A stretch of 64,000 nucleotides of DNA, taken from Patescibacteria group bacterium (GTDB taxonomy: Bacteria > Patescibacteriota > Microgenomatia > UBA1400 > PJMF01). Made by a program: the position numbers and the translations under genes. The DNA lies in assembly GCA_039934415.1 (NCBI GenBank), contig JBDTME010000001.1, forward strand, positions 137,417 to 201,416, written 5' to 3'. This document shows, in pieces, positions 58,775-64,000 of this stretch. The notes under the pieces are model-generated. The model was not told where the DNA came from and did no database searches. It saw only the letters and a program-made list of their open reading frames with translations. The stretch's first letter is position 1; the number at the start of each line of letters is the position of its first letter.

Positions 58775-60385
58775 TTATAATAATTTCCAATGTCCATCCA
58801 TTTGGTCTCTAAAAATTAGCCACTTTTTGTCTGGAAACGGATCATCGTCGTGGTAGATAAAATAATATCTACCGATGTGATTTACCCTATACAACCCTAC
58901 TGTGTCAGGTCCGCTACGCTCAATCGTCTCAATTGCTTCAGTAGCTGGAATCTTTTCGTACCAAGCCACAATCACATACATATACCAGCCTAGGTCAATG
59001 ATACCAACATTTCCTGTAGGATGTTGGACGGTTAACTCAGTAAAAACAGGCAGAAATCCGAGTTGAAAATCAGGTGAAAATTGAGTTGGCCATACTACGA
59101 AGTATTGAAAGACATATCGGCTTGATTCGAAAATCAAAAAAGCAAAGAGCAAGCCAATTCCACACTGCTGAATGAGCCTCTTTTGTGTAGTTAGAAAGAG
59201 TTGAAGAGAATTAAATCCTATTGCTGCGAATACTGTGATCATTAAAAAGGTGAAGAGACTTCTGGTGGCGTGAGGTGAGTCAATAGTAAAGATAGATGGC
59301 AAAGGTGAGATCAGGAGATAGAAGAATGGTAACAAACGAAAAATCAAAACCCTTATTTTCTTGATGTCTTTCTTTTTTACTGCAAAAAATAATTCTTGCA
59401 AAATCCACAATTGAGAAATAACACCTACCAAAAATAGAATATAAATAGTCCAGTACAAATGACCTTGACCTAGTATTGAGTGCCAAGGATGTTGTCCACC
59501 ATGAATAATGAGAAAGTTGGGTAAAAAAGTATCGATGTAATGTTGTACTGCAATACCTGCAAAATAAACGTATTTACTCCCTAAAAATGGTGTCAAGAGA
59601 GTAGGTAAGGTATTTCTATATACTGGATACTCTGCCAAAACGTTTGCATCCTTGAAAAACAAAATATCAGATTTTTGAGTATTATTCTGATCAAATACTT
59701 TGAATATGACTACAAAAACAAGTGCGAATAAGCTGACAGGCAGCAACCATTTTTTGTACTGCTTTACACCCCTAAACAGCGGAATTGTTAACACAAAGAA
59801 AGGTAATAAAAGAAAAGGTGAGTTGTATGTCATTGCAGCACCAACGTAGATCAGAACTGCTGTAATATCTTTTACAAAAGAATACTGTCTATGATGAAGT
59901 AGCCATAGCGATGACATCATTAGTGCTAAGGCTAGATTTGCTTCCCACGCCATTCTTGAATAAAAAATAGCAAAAGGAGCAGTTGACAGAGCTAAAATAA
60001 AAAAAAGATAAAACAAACCACTTTGTTTTGTAAGGAATAACTGTTTTAACCAGAGAGCTGAGATGATGATGAGTACAATTCCTGAGATAGCAGCAGGCAG
60101 ACGTACGACAAAATCATTAGTTTGAAATTGAAATAGACCGGCAAGTAAATATATATATCCTGGTAATTTATAATCACCCAAAGATTTGAATTGTAACGGT
60201 GAATGTACATTCCATTCATCCACAGCTGCTTGTTTAATATACAAAGCATTAATTGCTAAAGCAGCCTCATCTCTGTTGAGTTGAGGTGGATATCGATCAA
60301 GTTTATATAGCCGTACTACTGCAGCAAAAATTAAGATAACAAAAATCATGCCAGTCAAAAAAAATTTCTGCTTTTTCTTATTCAT
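58775..60385 (-). CDS. ArnT/PMT_2-like GT-C glycosyltransferase (paralog 3)
   Basis: LNRDEAAL, FKSLGDYKLP, VRLP, YSRMAWE and PHATR motifs. Confidence 0.8.
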   Translation of the reverse strand: MNKKKQKFFLTGMIFVILIFAAVVRLYKLDRYPPQLNRDEAALAINALYIKQAAVDEWNVHSPLQFKSLGDYKLPGYIYLLAGLFQFQTNDFVVRLPAAISGIVLIIISALWLKQLFLTKQSGLFYLFFILALSTAPFAIFYSRMAWEANLALALMMSSLWLLHHRQYSFVKDITAVLIYVGAAMTYNSPFLLLPFFVLTIPLFRGVKQYKKWLLPVSLFALVFVVIFKVFDQNNTQKSDILFFKDANVLAEYPVYRNTLPTLLTPFLGSKYVYFAGIAVQHYIDTFLPNFLIIHGGQHPWHSILGQGHLYWTIYILFLVGVISQLWILQELFFAVKKKDIKKIRVLIFRLLPFFYLLISPLPSIFTIDSPHATRSLFTFLMITVFAAIGFNSLQLFLTTQKRLIQQCGIGLLFAFLIFESSRYVFQYFVVWPTQFSPDFQLGFLPVFTELTVQHPTGNVGIIDLGWYMYVIVAWYEKIPATEAIETIERSGPDTVGLYRVNHIGRYYFIYHDDDPFPDKKWLIFRDQMDGHWKLL

Positions 60386-62075
60386 AAAATCCTACTTCAA
60401 ACTTTGGTAAGCCATAACTATCATTGATTATTTTCTTATGAGTTGGCTCGAATTCAAGAGAGCCCGCTCGGGTGACTATAATAAACGGTTTAACTGCTGT
60501 GGGATATCTATCCTTCGGGTACGCTTTATATTCAATGTTTTCCCATGATTTGAGGATTAGTTCATGCTGCATAGCTACTTGTATTTCTTGAACTGTCAAA
60601 TCACCATAAGCCAGATACCAGAGAAAGAAACGATCATCTTCTATATTTATCCAAATTTTGTCATATTTGTTTCGATTTTGATCTACAGTTAATACAATAT
60701 CTTTGTATCCTTGTTGCCACCACATGGCACTTTTGACAGGATACACGTAAAAATAATCAACAACAAACATGATTAGTTGATAACTAACGAGCAAAATGAC
60801 AGCGTACAACACTGCTTGTTTTGTTCTTTGTTTCTTCAATGAGTGAAAACAATTTACGAAAGGAACTGCACCAATTGCCATCAGTAAAATAATGGGAGTG
60901 AGAGCATTCAGTGACCGCAGCGCGTGGGGGGTATCAGTCGGGACTGAAGCTGGCAGTAACGCAATCAGCCACCAAATACTGAGAAAAACAAGCACATTGG
61001 GCTGTTTTTTAACTCCATAATAAATACCTGAGACTAGTAAAGGTAAACTGAAAAGTAAGAACAGACCGTGTTCCCCTGTGCTATGTCGTAAGTTAGGATC
61101 ACCAGTCAAGAATAAGAAGGACAAATCAAAATGATCACTATAGTTTTCAAGTAAGCTTTGAATCTGCAAAAGCCAACCATGATAAAGCACTCTAGAGACA
61201 GTGTTATTTCCAGTTACATCTCTGAGCGCGTTGGATTGAATATTGTAAGGTGTTGGATCAAGAATAGAACTCGCACTCAGCCGAAACTGTTGACTGGCAG
61301 CATAATATGGTGAGGAAAAAATGGGAATCAATCCAATTCCCCATATGACCAAACAGACCAGATAAGGCAAACTGGACAGAAATAAATTTTTTACAAGATT
61401 CAAAGGTTTTCTCCACAGACTCCACTTCTCAATCGAAACAAAACAAAACCAAAAACATATGACTAGCACGGGCCAAACAAAGCGAACACTGTAGTACGAG
61501 TAAACACCAGCGATTGCCAATAAAACACTTCCAATCAACCATTTCTTTGATTTCAATGACAGCATCAAACAAAGTACAGCAGTCGTTACTAAAAACTGAC
61601 CGGTATATCCTTCAAATCCCGTTCGGGAAAATAAAATACTCCAGGGGCTGATAGCAACAATAAACCAACCAAGTAGTGAAACTCTCCAGCTCATTTTATC
61701 AGTTAGCCTTCTTTGAGTTAGCTCTCTCAATAATATGAAAACGACAAGGCCTTGCAACACTCCAACAACGGCACTTGGTAATCTCAATGTGAATTCACTT
61801 GATCCAAGTAATTTGAAAGAAAGACTTGCTAGCCAGATATACATGGGTAACTTGTAGTCTCCATAGGAAAGAAAGATGGTTTGAAAAGCTGAGTCACCAT
61901 GCATATCCTTTAAAGTTTGAGATATGGTTTTAGCATCAATAAATATCGCAGTCTCATCCCAGTACAAACCAACTGGAATTTTCCCTAATTGCCAAAATCG
62001 CAAGAAAATACTCAGTAAAAAAATACCTACTGATAAGAAAAAAACTTGTTTATGCTCAATATCTAATTTCTTCAT
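60378..62075 (-). CDS. ArnT/PMT_2-like GT-C glycosyltransferase (paralog 2)
   Basis: LYWDETAI, FLSYGDYKLP, LRLPS, FSRTGFE, GDPNLRH and PHALR. Start refined to ATG 62075. Confidence 0.8.
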   Translation of the reverse strand: MKKLDIEHKQVFFLSVGIFLLSIFLRFWQLGKIPVGLYWDETAIFIDAKTISQTLKDMHGDSAFQTIFLSYGDYKLPMYIWLASLSFKLLGSSEFTLRLPSAVVGVLQGLVVFILLRELTQRRLTDKMSWRVSLLGWFIVAISPWSILFSRTGFEGYTGQFLVTTAVLCLMLSLKSKKWLIGSVLLAIAGVYSYYSVRFVWPVLVICFWFCFVSIEKWSLWRKPLNLVKNLFLSSLPYLVCLVIWGIGLIPIFSSPYYAASQQFRLSASSILDPTPYNIQSNALRDVTGNNTVSRVLYHGWLLQIQSLLENYSDHFDLSFLFLTGDPNLRHSTGEHGLFLLFSLPLLVSGIYYGVKKQPNVLVFLSIWWLIALLPASVPTDTPHALRSLNALTPIILLMAIGAVPFVNCFHSLKKQRTKQAVLYAVILLVSYQLIMFVVDYFYVYPVKSAMWWQQGYKDIVLTVDQNRNKYDKIWINIEDDRFFLWYLAYGDLTVQEIQVAMQHELILKSWENIEYKAYPKDRYPTAVKPFIIVTRAGSLEFEPTHKKIINDSYGLPKFEVGFYE

Positions 62076-62091
62076 AAGGCATTCAATGTAT

Positions 62092-63789
62092 TTAGTTCGC
62101 CCTGTATACAAGCCAGACTGGCTGACCCTTTAAATCCATAATTGTTTCAATTTCAGTTACATCTGAGAAAAACTGACGCTGCTTATATGTACTAGCAATC
62201 AAACCTTTTTCGTTCCCTGTTAGACTGTCAGAGAAGGTCACATTTTTAAAATTTAAGAATTCGCCTTGATCTTTTGGCGCTGCTGCGTTTTCAGATTGAA
62301 CATCACTTGGGTTAGTTTTTGAAAAAAACCAATAGTACATTGCAGGTCTGCCATACTCACGGGTAATATATACTTTTTCTCCTGATTGCGAGTTATTTTG
62401 AATGCTCTCAACCATTTGCTGATACCCATATTGCCACTCACTAGCATATAGCTTGGGATACGCGAGGAAGTAAAAGTTCAAGTACATGATTAATTCGATA
62501 CAAAATAACACAGCGACACCACTAAGTAGTATCTTTGAAAATGGCATTTTTCTTATATATTGAATAAGAGCAAATAGCCCTAACCCAAGTACACTCATAT
62601 ACACTGGCAAAATAGGTAATGTTCGCAATGCGTGAGGAACCGGCAGAGCTAATGAAGCTGGAATGAGGCCAATAACCCACCAGAGCCATAAAAAATGGTA
62701 TTTGCCTTGCCACTTTTTAATAAGCGTAAAAAGACTAAGAATTAGCAGTACAAAATCAGTGGGAAAGAATAAACCGAAGTACTGAATGGAGTGCCTAAAA
62801 TTTTGATCACCAGATAGAAAAAGAAAATCCAGACGTAAATGAGTAGCAGCGTTGATCATAATTGTTCTTAAGTAGAACCAATACCGATGGAAAAGCAGTT
62901 TTGTTACTACGTTCGATCCAAATTGTTGCATGTAAAAATTGCTTTCCAACACCTCTTTGCCTGTACTAAAAGTCGAGGTTTCTTGTAAACGATGGCCAAC
63001 ACTTGGATCACGAATGAACAACAAAATGGGTAACATTAACCCAAAAGCTAATACTGCAAGCATGCAGATTTGTTTCCAGTTTGTCTTGTACCGTACAATT
63101 AAAGGATATGCTAATACAATTCCGAGCAGCGGAGCGATCACCCGTGTTGCATGGTAGGTGTATGCTGATAAAACAAATAAAAGAACTGTCAAAGTGTAAA
63201 AAGAAAGCATCGCTTTTTTTTGATTCGGTTGAGATTGGACAATACTTCCTGCTCGCAATCCAAAATACACTCCGATACTCAATAACGCGGTCGCTAAATT
63301 CACTTCCCATCCTCCTCTAGAAAATTGTATTGCCCAAGGAGAAAAGCAAGTGATAATCATCGTAAGTATTTCTGGTTGAATCAGGGTTCTCCCCCATCCC
63401 ATCTCACTAGAATTATGAAGTTCTTCAGATTGGAACAAGAGACCAGCTATCTTGCCAGAAAAATAAACAATGAGAACGCCAGCAATCACTGAAGGTATCC
63501 GGACAGACCAGACTGATAAACCAAACACAAATAAAAAAGGAATGATGGAATAGAAATATAAGGCAGGTTTATAATCTCCGAACGACTCAAATGCCACAAC
63601 TGGAAACCAATGCCCATGATGGTCCATGCCAGTTTTTAAAACAGAATACGCATCATAACCCAACGCAGCTTCTTCCCAATATAGAGAGGGTGGGGTCACA
63701 TTCAATTTATATATTCTCAGCACAAGGCTTACCATTAAAATGACGAGAATTAACCCTGCTTTTTTTGAGAATTGAAATGGGATGCGCAT
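62092..63789 (-). CDS. ArnT/PMT_2-like GT-C glycosyltransferase (paralog 1)
   Basis: LYWEEAAL, FESFGDYKPA, VRIPS, FSRGGWE, GDQNFRH and PHALR motifs. Confidence 0.8.
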   Translation of the reverse strand: MRIPFQFSKKAGLILVILMVSLVLRIYKLNVTPPSLYWEEAALGYDAYSVLKTGMDHHGHWFPVVAFESFGDYKPALYFYSIIPFLFVFGLSVWSVRIPSVIAGVLIVYFSGKIAGLLFQSEELHNSSEMGWGRTLIQPEILTMIITCFSPWAIQFSRGGWEVNLATALLSIGVYFGLRAGSIVQSQPNQKKAMLSFYTLTVLLFVLSAYTYHATRVIAPLLGIVLAYPLIVRYKTNWKQICMLAVLAFGLMLPILLFIRDPSVGHRLQETSTFSTGKEVLESNFYMQQFGSNVVTKLLFHRYWFYLRTIMINAATHLRLDFLFLSGDQNFRHSIQYFGLFFPTDFVLLILSLFTLIKKWQGKYHFLWLWWVIGLIPASLALPVPHALRTLPILPVYMSVLGLGLFALIQYIRKMPFSKILLSGVAVLFCIELIMYLNFYFLAYPKLYASEWQYGYQQMVESIQNNSQSGEKVYITREYGRPAMYYWFFSKTNPSDVQSENAAAPKDQGEFLNFKNVTFSDSLTGNEKGLIASTYKQRQFFSDVTEIETIMDLKGQPVWLVYRAN

Positions 63790-63799
63790 GTAATATGAA

Positions 63800-64000
63800 T
63801 TACTTAGTATTTTGAAACTCAGAAAGTTCTAGTTTTCCAAAATAAAAATTTTCTTTTGCAGGACCTAACCTGTCCTCAAACGATTGATCTAACTCTTTCT
63901 TCATCCAGTCTTGTACGCCTGGCTCAGCCTCTTTAATCGTAAAATGGAGCTCTGCTGGTTCTTCAACTTTTGTTAGTAACTCAGCGCCAGGCACGTCAAC
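63800..64000 (-). CDS. 3' end of a gene entering from beyond the window; product unknown
   Basis: Reading frame is open to the window edge; stop codon lies 10 nt before the next ATG. Confidence 0.55.
   Translation of the reverse strand, partial: VDVPGAELLTKVEEPAELHFTIKEAEPGVQDWMKKELDQSFEDRLGPAKENFYFGKLELSEFQNTK

Noticed and set aside
1630-63320. Many short (60-139 aa) alternative-frame or antisense ORFs in the track, e.g. 4646-5065, 15405-15788, 16747-17091, 18350-18658
   Set aside because: They lie essentially within well-supported genes, show no recognisable motifs, and are expected shadow ORFs.

Overview
Gene-dense, AT-rich 64 kb bacterial window. Gene content and style suggest Patescibacteria/CPR, probably Microgenomates-like (inference): packed or overlapping genes, few Shine-Dalgarno motifs, and many membrane GT-C-fold glycosyltransferases. 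From left to right it holds: (1) an alpha-glucan module (GT4, GH57, GH15, BadF-type sugar kinase, pgi); (2) a minus-strand surface-glycan run with ruvCAB embedded; (3) greA and a LMW-PTP-like gene; (4) a compact flavinylation/electron-transfer module (signal-less ApbE, FMN-binding lipoprotein, stand-alone RnfD/NqrB-like membrane protein, nearby flavodoxin); (5) a ~42 kb cell-surface glycosylation region. That region encodes NDP-sugar enzymes (UXS, Fcl, PseB-like, RmlD-like, GalE-like, DegT aminotransferase, WecD-like GNAT), a STELLO/GT75-related protein, two flippases, an MBOAT+SGNH O-acetylation pair, many GT2/GT4 enzymes and most of the window's ~13 GT-C-type membrane proteins (AftD-like, PIG-V-like, a tandem ArnT-like triplet). 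I recognised no rRNA, tRNA, CRISPR array or mobile element. The best novelty candidates are the fcl-STELLO-GT2 operon (possible furanose-sugar donor pathway) and the split ApbE/RnfD-like/flavodoxin redox module. All calls come from reading motifs by eye; no database searches were run.
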